Below are positions 55,011-63,724 of a stretch of DNA of 64,000 nt, piece by piece; position 1 is the first letter of the stretch, and each line of letters starts with the position of its first letter. This DNA comes from Candidatus Sulfopaludibacter sp. (GTDB lineage Bacteria; Verrucomicrobiota; Verrucomicrobiia; Limisphaerales; UBA11358): contig DATJNM010000031.1 in NCBI GenBank assembly GCA_035508155.1, forward strand, positions 14,489-78,488, given 5' to 3'. Below the pieces are notes generated by a model. That model saw only the letters and a list, made by a program, of their open reading frames with translations. It searched no databases and was not told the origin of the DNA. Position numbers and translations under genes: made by a program.

Positions 55011-55901
55011 GTGATGCAAGACAGGAAAAAGCTGAAATCCGCCCTCCCTGCCCCTCTCTCCGCCCGGCGGGGAGAGGGCGGCCGCCGGCCGGGTGAGGGG
55101 AGTCCAGCGATTCTGGAGGTGCATGACCTGCGAGTTGAACGCGGTGGTACCGTGATTCTGGGCGGTGTGTCCTGGCGCGTGGACCGCGGACAGCATTGGG
55201 TGATACTCGGCGCGAACGGTTCGGGCAAAACCTCGTTGCTCAGCGCCTTGACGGGTTATCTGACGCCGACAGCGGGGGAGATTTCGCTGTTGGGCAGGAT
55301 TTATGGGCGCTCGGACTGGCGCGAGTTGCGCAAACAAATCGGCCTGGTCAGCTCCGCCGTCCGGCAAAGGATGGCCGACGACGAACCGGCGCTGGAAACC
55401 GTCGCCAGCGGCAGATTCGCAATGATTGATTTCTGGGGAAAATTGTCACGGACGGATAAAACCCGCGCGCGGCAGATCCTGCGCCGGATTGAATGCATTC
55501 AGTTGGCGGAACGGCCGTGGCGCGTACTCTCGCAGGGCGAACGCCAGCGGATCTTGATTGGCCGGGCGCTGATGGCCCGTCCGCGCTTGTTGATTCTCGA
55601 CGAACCTTGCGCGGGATTGGATCCGGCCGCCCGTGAATCTTTCCTGCAATTCCTCCAACAGCTGGGCAGAAGCAAAAACGCGCCAACGCTGGTGCTGGTA
55701 ACGCATCATGTTGAGGAAATCATGCCGGTGTTTTCGCATGTCCTGATCTTGAAAAGCGGCCGGACGCTGGCGGCTGGAACGAAACTGGAAATGCTCAAAA
55801 CCGAGATGCTATCGCAGGCCTTCAATACGCGGGCCAGGCTGCAAATCCGGTGCGGACGCTGCACGATGAAGATCATCCCCAAACGGCATGTCGTGGTCTG
55901 A
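55011..55901 (+). CDS. ABC-type ATPase subunit (no permease gene adjacent)
   Basis: Walker A GANGSGKTSLL, signature LSQGERQRILIGRAL, Walker B LLILDEPCAGLD. The conserved core begins near ILEVHDLRV. The true start may be CTG 55113 or GTG 55119, which would place the palindromic repeat in the spacer. Confidence 0.85.
   Translation: MMQDRKKLKSALPAPLSARRGEGGRRPGEGSPAILEVHDLRVERGGTVILGGVSWRVDRGQHWVILGANGSGKTSLLSALTGYLTPTAGEISLLGRIYGRSDWRELRKQIGLVSSAVRQRMADDEPALETVASGRFAMIDFWGKLSRTDKTRARQILRRIECIQLAERPWRVLSQGERQRILIGRALMARPRLLILDEPCAGLDPAARESFLQFLQQLGRSKNAPTLVLVTHHVEEIMPVFSHVLILKSGRTLAAGTKLEMLKTEMLSQAFNTRARLQIRCGRCTMKIIPKRHVVV
55052..55078. repeat. Second copy of the 27-nt palindrome (1 mismatch between arms)
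   Basis: ccctctctccgcc-c-ggcggggagaggg. It has the same core as 52072..52098 and is flanked by G-rich ..gggtgaggggag. Confidence 0.9.
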
Positions 55902-55944
55902 GCCAATTTCAGGGGTGACCGCCACGCCGTTCCTCCCGCCATTG

Positions 55945-57369
55945 TTAAGCCGTCGCCGCCACCGGCTGCTCGCTCCAACCAAACAGGCGTTTGTCTTTGA
56001 TGACCCGGGCAATCGGCGGCGGGACCAACTTCTCCCAGGAAGCATCACCCGCCTTGATTTTCGCCAGCACGTCACCGGAATAAATCTTCAGGTAATCGGG
56101 ATTGTAATGGCGGATGTTTTCCACAAACCGATTCTCCACCAGGTGCGCGTAGAGATGGCGCAGGTGCGGCGCGACTTCCATGTTTTCCACGGTGACCAGT
56201 TTGCCGGTCTGGCGGTCCAGGGATGGATAGACATAAAGCTTCGCGCCGTTCTTGAACAACTGGCCAAGCGATTCCATCAGGCCGCCTTCGAGGTCGGTGT
56301 AAAAACTCTCGTCCATCACGTCGCGCAACCGCACCAGGCCCAGCGGCAGGCCGATGGTTTTTTGCGTGTATTTCGAGAGATACATCACCAGGCGGTGGTA
56401 GCGTAAAAAACTGGAAATGAGCACCGTCTTGCCCAGCGCGCCCAGGGTGTCCACCCGGTCCAGAAAATCGCGGTGGTCAATCACATCGTCCACCTGCAAC
56501 TGGCGCAAGGTCATTTCCGTAATGACCACCGGTGGTTCGCCCTTGAGGGATTCCTCCTGTAGAAACTGCTCCTGCGCGCGCTCCAGCATGTCGAACATCG
56601 CGTTGGTAAACGGACGGAAACTGCCGCGCTCGACCAGCACGGGTTTTTTGTAAAGCAGCTCGCCGGCCACAACCGTCTCGCCGTCGGCGGTGAACATGGC
56701 GGTGTCGGTGAGTTTTTGTTCCACCAGTTGCAGCGCCATCAGCCGGTTGTCCACGCCGGTGAAACACGGCCCGGAGAATTTGATCATGTCCACCTCGATA
56801 CGGTCGCGTGAAAGGTTGTCCATGAGCCGGCCAATCAATTGCGGCGGTTCGTGATGGTGAAAAAACGCGCCATGAACCAGATTCACGCCGATGATGCCGA
56901 GCGCCTCCTGTTCGCGGACATTTTCCCGGTCGAGCATGCGCACGTGGATGATGATTTCCGAAGGCGGGCCATGCGGCTCGGTTTGAAATCGGATGCCCAG
57001 CCAGCCCTGGCCGTCGGTTTGATGGGAAAAACTGTGCGTCGCGACCGTGTCGGCAAAAACGAAAAAGGTGGATTTGCCGCCGCGCGCCTGGTCCAGGCGC
57101 TGCAACAGAAGGTCAAATTCGTAACCGAGCATTGCCTGGAGGCGCTGGCGGCTGACGTACCGGTCCGACGGACCATAAATGGCGTCACTGATCGCCATGT
57201 CGTAGGCCGACATGGTTTTGGCCACGGTGCCGGCCGCGCCGCCCACGTGGAAAAACCAGCGCGCCACCTCCTGGCCGGCGCCGATTTCGGCAAAGGTGCC
57301 GTACTTGGTCGCATCGAGATTGATTTGCAGCGCCTTTTGCGCCGAGCTCATGGTCGGTTCAATCATCAT
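55945..57369 (-). CDS. Conserved-looking hypothetical protein (474 aa, cytoplasmic)
   Basis: Long ORF with clean coding character (..TFAEIGAGQEVARWFFHVGGAAGTVAKTMSAYDMAISDAIYG..). I could not assign a family with confidence. Confidence 0.75.
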   Translation of the reverse strand: MMIEPTMSSAQKALQINLDATKYGTFAEIGAGQEVARWFFHVGGAAGTVAKTMSAYDMAISDAIYGPSDRYVSRQRLQAMLGYEFDLLLQRLDQARGGKSTFFVFADTVATHSFSHQTDGQGWLGIRFQTEPHGPPSEIIIHVRMLDRENVREQEALGIIGVNLVHGAFFHHHEPPQLIGRLMDNLSRDRIEVDMIKFSGPCFTGVDNRLMALQLVEQKLTDTAMFTADGETVVAGELLYKKPVLVERGSFRPFTNAMFDMLERAQEQFLQEESLKGEPPVVITEMTLRQLQVDDVIDHRDFLDRVDTLGALGKTVLISSFLRYHRLVMYLSKYTQKTIGLPLGLVRLRDVMDESFYTDLEGGLMESLGQLFKNGAKLYVYPSLDRQTGKLVTVENMEVAPHLRHLYAHLVENRFVENIRHYNPDYLKIYSGDVLAKIKAGDASWEKLVPPPIARVIKDKRLFGWSEQPVAATA

Positions 57370-57595
57370 CGGGCTTCGACCCCTTCGCGCGGCAAATTAC
57401 ACGAAACCCGCGCCGTGTCCAACAGCAGTTGCATTCGATGGCAATTGCCAGGGTGGGGCGGGCGTCCTCGCGAGCCGAGCCCGGTGCGTTAAGGTAAAAT
57501 CCCGGCTCGTCAGCAGCCTCGCCCCACCGGAAGAGACCGATTCTTGGCCTTGCTTTCAGCTTTTCGCACGGTGAAACCGTGCTATACTCATTCGC

Positions 57596-58687
57596 ATGTA
57601 TCGGACGCAGGATTTACACGTCAAAGAAATCGTCCGGCTGCTGACGCCGCAGGAATTGAAGGCGCAGTTGCCGACGCCCGACACCGCGAACGCCACCGTG
57701 GCGCGCAGCCGCGAACGGATCATCCGCATCCTGCGGCAGGAAGACCCGCGTCTGCTGGTGGTGGTCGGACCGTGCTCCATTCATGATGAAAAAGGCGCGC
57801 GGGAATACGCGACGCGCCTGAACGGGCTGCGCCAGGAACTGGCCGGGCGCCTGGAAATCGTCATGCGCGTCTATTTTGAGAAACCGCGCACGACCATCGG
57901 CTGGAAAGGGTTGATCAATGACCCGCACCTGGACGGCTCGCAGGACATCGAAACCGGCCTGAAAATTGCGCGACGATTGCTGCTGGAAATCACCGGCCTG
58001 GGGCTGCCGACGGCGACGGAATTTCTTGACCCGATTGTGCCGCAATACACCGCCGACCTGGTCACCTGGGCGGCGATTGGCGCGCGCACGACGGAATCGC
58101 AGACGCACCGCGAAATGGCCAGCGGCCTGTCCATGCCCATTGGTTTGAAGAACAACACGGACGGCAGCCTCCAATCGGCGATTGACGCAATGGGGGCGGC
58201 GCGGCACCCGCACAGTTTTCTGGGCATTGACCAGGACGGCGCCACGGCCATTGTGCGCACGACCGGCAATCCGCACGCGCACATCGTGCTGCGCGGCGGG
58301 CGCACCCAGACCAATTACGACGCCGCCAGCATCCGCGCGGCAGAGGAAAAATTGAAGGCGGAGAAACTGCCGCCGGTGCTGATGGTGGATTGCAGCCACG
58401 CGAACTCGGGCAAACAATTTGCGAAACAGGAGGACGTATGGCACAGCGTCATCCAGCAACGCGTCGAAGGCACACGCGCGCTCATCGGCCTGATGGTCGA
58501 AAGCAACCTGCAGGAAGGCAACCAGCCGATTCCGAAGAATCTGAAGGACCTGCGCTACGGCGTGTCACTCACCGACTCGTGCATCGGCTGGGAAACCACC
58601 GAACGGATGCTGCGCTGGGGTTACGAAACGCTGGGTAAATTGCCAGAGCTTGAATCAGCCAGAAGTCAGAAGTCCGAAGTCAGATAA
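57596..58687 (+). CDS. aroG: 3-deoxy-7-phosphoheptulonate (DAHP) synthase, class I
   Basis: [31 protein letters not shown], and DCSHANS are class I-alpha hallmarks. The isozyme (G/F/H) cannot be told from the sequence. Confidence 0.9.
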   Translation: MYRTQDLHVKEIVRLLTPQELKAQLPTPDTANATVARSRERIIRILRQEDPRLLVVVGPCSIHDEKGAREYATRLNGLRQELAGRLEIVMRVYFEKPRTTIGWKGLINDPHLDGSQDIETGLKIARRLLLEITGLGLPTATEFLDPIVPQYTADLVTWAAIGARTTESQTHREMASGLSMPIGLKNNTDGSLQSAIDAMGAARHPHSFLGIDQDGATAIVRTTGNPHAHIVLRGGRTQTNYDAASIRAAEEKLKAEKLPPVLMVDCSHANSGKQFAKQEDVWHSVIQQRVEGTRALIGLMVESNLQEGNQPIPKNLKDLRYGVSLTDSCIGWETTERMLRWGYETLGKLPELESARSQKSEVR

Positions 58688-58721
58688 TTTCGGCTTCTTC
58701 CTTCTTCATTCTGCCTTCTGC
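58660..58721. repeat. Heptamer arrays CAGAAGT x4 and CTTCTKC x4, partially complementary
   Basis: 58660..58687 encodes the AroG tail ..SQKSEVR* including the stop. 58694..58721 lies in the 42-nt spacer to the convergent gene. Confidence 0.7.
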
Positions 58722-58729
58722 CTTTCCGG

Positions 58730-59926
58730 TCAGGGCCAGGTCCAGGTAAAGGGGAAATACAGCCGATAAAACTGCATCGGACCGGAAATCGGGACAAAGA
58801 CCGGCTGCGTCGTGTTGGTACTGTTGAAATTTGTTACCGTGGTCCAATTCGTCAGCGCCAGATTCGTTTTGCCCAGCACAACGCCGTTCAAACCCACCGG
58901 GACATTGACCAGGTTCAACTGGTTGGTGCCGTTCTGTGATGTGATTTGGCCAAACTGCACCGGCGCGATGAGTTGTCTGGCCACACCAGCCATGATGGCA
59001 TGAGCTTTTGCGGTCGGATCGTTCACGTCCCAAAAGATGTAATTTGCGCCCGGGCCGTTTAGATCGCCGTTTGGCAAGAAGCCATTCTCGTAAGCCTCAA
59101 TGGCGTCAATGCTCTCTCCTTGATAAAGCGCATTCGTGAGGCCGTAAGCAGCAGCATTTGTTAGGATATTATCGAGCAGAGAAAAAAAGTCCGGCTCGTA
59201 AATTTTAAGACCAGGGCACAAAGCCATGGCGTTGCTCAACGTGATAGCAAACCCGGTGTTGAACTGAATAACCATTTGCCGGATGAAAGCTTTATCGCCA
59301 GAAGGACTTTGGTCATACTCCGGGACTTCCGTGATGTCAACGGCATCCGGCATCAGCAATGTGCGGGCACCTTTGGCGTAATACAAATTAGTGACGGCCT
59401 GCCAATGGTTGCTTAGAGACTGATTGATTGCGTTGGTCCATGCAGTGATATTTGTGCGAGCAGTGCTCTGGCCACTGGCTTGATAAATATTTCCCATATC
59501 GTCCACAAAATCAGCGTCGCTGACCCAGACGATGAAGAGGACATTCGAGGCGTTTGTAGGCGCAGCAAAGGATTTGAGATTTGCGATCAGATTAGGGCTG
59601 TCATCTCCGTAATAGGACAAGTTGTTACTGGAGTAGGACCAGTTGGTGCTCGAACCAGACAAATTGGTGTAGGATAAATGGTTCGCGATGTTGTTGGAAT
59701 ACCAGAAATTATTGGTCAGGCCCAATTGCTGGGCCAGCAACTCAACCCACACCCGGCCATTGGACTTACGCAGGCCGTAATAAGGTTCATACGCGGCGCC
59801 CGCATTGGTCGTGGTGGTGGAAACGCCATCTCCGAAAATGTAGAGCGACGTAAAGGCGGCTCGTGCGGGGAAAACAACAAGTCCGAACAACAGGAGACAC
59901 CATGTGAATCGAATGAGACTTTTCAC
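58730..59926 (-). CDS. Secreted SGNH/GDSL-fold protein with substituted catalytic residues and C-terminal FYRL domain
   Basis: Signal peptide. Block I is IFGDGVS (Gly at the Ser position), block II SNGRVWVELLAQQLGL (conserved), block III VWVSDADF (Ala at the Asn position), block V FWDVNDPT (Asp at the His position). It ends ..MQFYRLYFPFTWTWP. Two 60-nt lines counted by hand gave 52% and 40% G+C. Confidence 0.75.
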   Translation of the reverse strand: MKSLIRFTWCLLLFGLVVFPARAAFTSLYIFGDGVSTTTTNAGAAYEPYYGLRKSNGRVWVELLAQQLGLTNNFWYSNNIANHLSYTNLSGSSTNWSYSSNNLSYYGDDSPNLIANLKSFAAPTNASNVLFIVWVSDADFVDDMGNIYQASGQSTARTNITAWTNAINQSLSNHWQAVTNLYYAKGARTLLMPDAVDITEVPEYDQSPSGDKAFIRQMVIQFNTGFAITLSNAMALCPGLKIYEPDFFSLLDNILTNAAAYGLTNALYQGESIDAIEAYENGFLPNGDLNGPGANYIFWDVNDPTAKAHAIMAGVARQLIAPVQFGQITSQNGTNQLNLVNVPVGLNGVVLGKTNLALTNWTTVTNFNSTNTTQPVFVPISGPMQFYRLYFPFTWTWP

Positions 59927-60125
59927 ATTTTTCTGAGCTTACTTCAAATCAGGCCAAAGTAAAGGCGGGTGTGTGACTTGCGAAGCCGGTTAAGGGACTC
60001 GCGTAGCTCGTCCTTCCGGGAAATTTACTGGCGCAACGAAAAACGGCAGATAACCTGCTGACCTAGGCGAGTCACCCGCACGTTTCTGCGGCGCCCGTTC
60101 AGTCGTTAAGCCAACTGCCGGAAAA

Positions 60126-61397
60126 ATGAACCGACGCAATACGTCAAAGCTGCTCACGATAATCCTCGTGGGCGCTTCCGTTTTGAACGCTCCGGCGAAT
60201 GGCTTCCGGCTGGCAAGCCAGGATGGTTTTGCAACGGGGCGCGGCGAGGCCTTTGCCGCCACGGCGGACAATGCGTCCGCCATTTATTACAATCCGGCCG
60301 GCATCACGCAAGTTCCGGGCACGAGTCTGCGCTCTGGACTTTATACCATTTATCTCGATCCCACCTTCCAGCCGCCGGCGACAGCGCCAAATGCAGGCGC
60401 AACCTACAACATCGGCAAACACTGGAATTTCATTCCGCAGATGTTCCTGACGCATTCGTTCGAGAACAGCCCGGTGAGTGTGGGGCTGGGAATTTATGCG
60501 CCCTACGGTGGAAACATAGATTGGCCACAAGGCACCGGGTTTCGGACGGTTGCGACGGAAGGTTCCCTTAAATACCTTCGAATCAATCCCGTGTTCGCGC
60601 TAAAGCTGGCGCCCAATTTGTCCATCGGCGGTGGCGTGATGGTGGATTACGGAAAGATTGATTTGGAATCGGGGCTCCGGCCGCTCCCACAACCTGCGAA
60701 CTTCTATCGGTTCAAAGGCGACGGCTGGAGCGCGGGTTATAACCTGGGTGTGCTTTGGCAGCCTTTTGAACAAGTCTCTCTTGGAGGCACCTTTCGTAGT
60801 GAAACGCCGTTTACCATGAGCGGCGAGACTGAATTCGAACAGTTGTCAGCGGGAATACCGTACACCACTCTGCCTGCCCATGCCGATTTCACATTTCCGC
60901 TGACGGCGGTTGTAGGCCTTTCTTACCGACCCACGCCAAAATGGAATCTGGAATTTGACGCGGATTACACCGATTGGGGCAGTTTTGGAACCGTCACCAT
61001 CTACCAACAAGGCACACCCCCGCCTGGAGGAGCACAGAATCCGCCCGTGACCCTCAACTGGGAGCCGAGTTGGATGTATGAATTTGGCGTGACGCGTTAT
61101 TTTGACCACGGCTGGCATGTCAGCGCCGGCTATGTTTACAATGAAACGTCGGTGCCGGATGCGTATTACACTCCGTTGGCGGCGGACCTGGACCGGCATT
61201 TCTTCAGCGTCGGCGCCGGTCGCAAGGGCAAAAGATTCGATTTCGATGTCACCTATCAATTTGGTTACGGCCCGGCCCACACGGTCAGCGGTAGCACTCC
61301 CTCATCCATTGCCGGATTGATTGCCGGCCAGACCGCCGACGGCAAATATGATTTCATCAGCCATGCCGTGTTGGTAACGATCGGAATGCATTTCTAA
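60126..61397 (+). CDS. Outer-membrane transport protein, OMPP1/FadL/TodX family
   Basis: Signal peptide, GFRLASQDGFATGRGEAFAATADNASAIYYNPAGIT, alternating beta-strand pattern, and a C-terminal ..TIGMHF. Confidence 0.85.
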   Translation: MNRRNTSKLLTIILVGASVLNAPANGFRLASQDGFATGRGEAFAATADNASAIYYNPAGITQVPGTSLRSGLYTIYLDPTFQPPATAPNAGATYNIGKHWNFIPQMFLTHSFENSPVSVGLGIYAPYGGNIDWPQGTGFRTVATEGSLKYLRINPVFALKLAPNLSIGGGVMVDYGKIDLESGLRPLPQPANFYRFKGDGWSAGYNLGVLWQPFEQVSLGGTFRSETPFTMSGETEFEQLSAGIPYTTLPAHADFTFPLTAVVGLSYRPTPKWNLEFDADYTDWGSFGTVTIYQQGTPPPGGAQNPPVTLNWEPSWMYEFGVTRYFDHGWHVSAGYVYNETSVPDAYYTPLAADLDRHFFSVGAGRKGKRFDFDVTYQFGYGPAHTVSGSTPSSIAGLIAGQTADGKYDFISHAVLVTIGMHF

Positions 61398-61421
61398 ATT
61401 TCTTGATAATCCGGCTTTATT

Positions 61422-62480
61422 TTGGCCCGAAAAATGATGTATTGCTGCGCCAGAATGAAGCAGGAAGGTAGCGATAGCATCAATCTCTGGTTTTACGCGG
61501 CTGAGGAAATGGGCGAATACATTGGTATTCGCTTTGGCCACATGCCGCCGGGAACCACCGAACCCGAATGGACCTTTCTGCGCCATACAGACTTCGACGG
61601 CATCGGCGGGCTCGCGCATATTTTCCGGCAGAAAGGGGTTACACTGGGTCGTCTGCCGCAAATCCGGTATCCGGCGGCACCGTCGGCGCTCACGGTTTTT
61701 AAACTGGTGCCTAAATTCTTGCGCCCACGGCATCGCATCAAATGGCTGCCCCTGGGCGCGACCCGGCAGTGCGGGCCGCATCCGCCGCCGGCCGTAGCCT
61801 GGCACCTCTTTGACGAACTGGCGACGCTCCAAATGCGGCGGGTCTGCCGCATGGCGGGTGTCACGGTGAATTCCTTCCTGTTGAAACACCTGACCAAGGC
61901 CATCCGGCCGTTCCTGGAAGACCAGGCGGCCGTGGTTCCCTGGATGGTTCCGGTGAATTTGCGCGGCAAACTGGTGCGGGAACGTGACACAGCAAACTTT
62001 TCAAGTTACGTCGGCGTCAAAGTCAAATCCTATGAGACGCCGCACGACGTGCATCGGAATATTTACGCGGCGTTGGGGCGGCACGAGCACTGGGCCAACT
62101 GGTACGGCTTCTATGCCAGCCGCTGCCTCACGCAGGGAATGCGAAAGTTCTTAATCGCCAAGGAATGGGCGCTGTCGCAGTGGAACCTCGGCAGCTTTTC
62201 CAACCTGGGCGATTGGGATACCGAAAAGGAAATCACTCAGCCGGCGTGTTTGGGCGACTGGTTCTTTTGTCCGCCGGTCCTGCGCTGCCAGCTCGTGGGG
62301 GCCGGATGTGTTACCTTCCAAAACCGGTTGACGCTGGTGATCCAGGCGCACCCGGAACTCACCGTTGAGACGACCATTTTGAAGACCTGGATGCAGAACT
62401 GGGTGAAGGAGATCGAAATGGACCTGGCCAGCGGCCTGACTGATCCCACCACGTTCTTCTGGCGGAAAGCCCCGGTCTAA
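61422..62480 (+). CDS. HxxxDG-motif acyltransferase-like protein (condensation/WS-DGAT superfamily, tentative)
   Basis: RHTDFDGIGG (H55-x3-D59-G60). The later VPVNLRGK and FSNLGDWD resemble WS/DGAT-type motifs. The N-lobe is unusually short. The assignment was made by eye. Confidence 0.5.
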   Translation: MARKMMYCCARMKQEGSDSINLWFYAAEEMGEYIGIRFGHMPPGTTEPEWTFLRHTDFDGIGGLAHIFRQKGVTLGRLPQIRYPAAPSALTVFKLVPKFLRPRHRIKWLPLGATRQCGPHPPPAVAWHLFDELATLQMRRVCRMAGVTVNSFLLKHLTKAIRPFLEDQAAVVPWMVPVNLRGKLVRERDTANFSSYVGVKVKSYETPHDVHRNIYAALGRHEHWANWYGFYASRCLTQGMRKFLIAKEWALSQWNLGSFSNLGDWDTEKEITQPACLGDWFFCPPVLRCQLVGAGCVTFQNRLTLVIQAHPELTVETTILKTWMQNWVKEIEMDLASGLTDPTTFFWRKAPV

Positions 62481-63724
62481 AACTTAAAGGTGGCGGCGAT
62501 ATTTACGGCGTTATTGAACGTCTTGTAGGTGCCATTGGCCGGAAAATCAGGAGCGGTGGGGGGATTATTAATGGTGCGCCCGCCATTATAGCCGAAGTGA
62601 TAGGCGATCGCCCAATCCCAATGCTTGCCGCGCCGGCCAAATCCCACGCTGCCCAACTGCAGATTGCTGTCCGGGATGAGCGGGTTGAAATTCGCGTCCG
62701 GGCTGGAATTCTCGTTGTAAATGTAGCCGACACTCACGAAGTAGCCCTTGCCCAACTGGCGGGTGGCGCCGAATTCGTACATGAAACTCGAACGATAATC
62801 CAGGGTGAGGGGAATGTTGCCAAACGCGGTGTTCTCAAACGTGATTTGTTTGAGACTGTCCCAATCCGCCCAGTCCAGATCAAATTCAAAATTCCAATTG
62901 GAGGTCGGCCGGAACGAAACGCCACCCGTCACGAATTGGGGAAATTTGACTGAACCGCTGGTGGATGTGGGCGCCGGCAGAGGCGGGCTGGGGCTGGTGG
63001 AAGAGGTGCCTTCGTAGTTGATCTCCGTGGCCGAACGATAACTGACACCGAAAGACCACATGGAACAAGGCTGCCACAGAATGCCGGCGTTGAATCCGTA
63101 ATCAACGCCGTCGCCGTCGAAGTGGAATTGGCTGCCGGGGAGACCCAGGGCCTGGTCGAACGTTGCCTTGGAATAATTGATGGTGGGGCCGATCCCGACA
63201 GACAGGGAACGGCAAATTCTCCAGGCAACAACAGGGTTGAACGACAGATATACCAGACTGCCCTTTTCCGCCACCGTGCTGAAAGGTGTATTGGCGCCCC
63301 AGTCCAGCGCCAGTCCATACGGGGAGTACATGCCCAGGCCGATGGAGATCGGCGAATTCTGGAATGAATCCACGTAGTACAATTGGGGGACGGGTTCCGG
63401 ATCCGAGTTGGCCTTATAAGTGGCGCCACTGGGGGATTTGTATTCTTCACCGGGCGAGATCACATAGACCCCCACGCGCACATTTTGTCCCTCCAACTGC
63501 GTGATGCCGGCGGGATTGTAGTAAATGGCCGACGGGTTGTCCGCGGTGGCGACCTCAGCATCCCCGCGCGCGATGGCTTCCGGATCCTGGTTGGGCAGGC
63601 GGAAACCCCCGGCCTGCGCCTGACCTGCGGCAAGCAGGCTCATTCCCAAGACCAGCCATGACCTCCGGTCCGCTGCCCGAGATCCCCGCGCTGAGGCAAC
63701 GAACTGGTTCAATTTATTTTTCAT
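62477..63724 (-). CDS. Outer-membrane transport protein, OMPP1/FadL/TodX family (paralogue)
   Basis: Signal peptide, GFRLPNQDPEAIARGDAEVATADNPSAIYYNPAGIT, and a C-terminal ..IAATFKF. Its stop overlaps the stop of the convergent gene (CTAA). Confidence 0.85.
   Translation of the reverse strand: MKNKLNQFVASARGSRAADRRSWLVLGMSLLAAGQAQAGGFRLPNQDPEAIARGDAEVATADNPSAIYYNPAGITQLEGQNVRVGVYVISPGEEYKSPSGATYKANSDPEPVPQLYYVDSFQNSPISIGLGMYSPYGLALDWGANTPFSTVAEKGSLVYLSFNPVVAWRICRSLSVGIGPTINYSKATFDQALGLPGSQFHFDGDGVDYGFNAGILWQPCSMWSFGVSYRSATEINYEGTSSTSPSPPLPAPTSTSGSVKFPQFVTGGVSFRPTSNWNFEFDLDWADWDSLKQITFENTAFGNIPLTLDYRSSFMYEFGATRQLGKGYFVSVGYIYNENSSPDANFNPLIPDSNLQLGSVGFGRRGKHWDWAIAYHFGYNGGRTINNPPTAPDFPANGTYKTFNNAVNIAATFKF

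Noticed and set aside
55011-55118. N-terminal 36-aa extension of the ABC ATPase as a genuine domain
   Set aside because: The extension is encoded largely by the palindromic repeat and G-rich flank. The conserved ABC core starts right after it and alternative in-frame starts exist. It is kept as part of the listed ORF but flagged as probably not translated.
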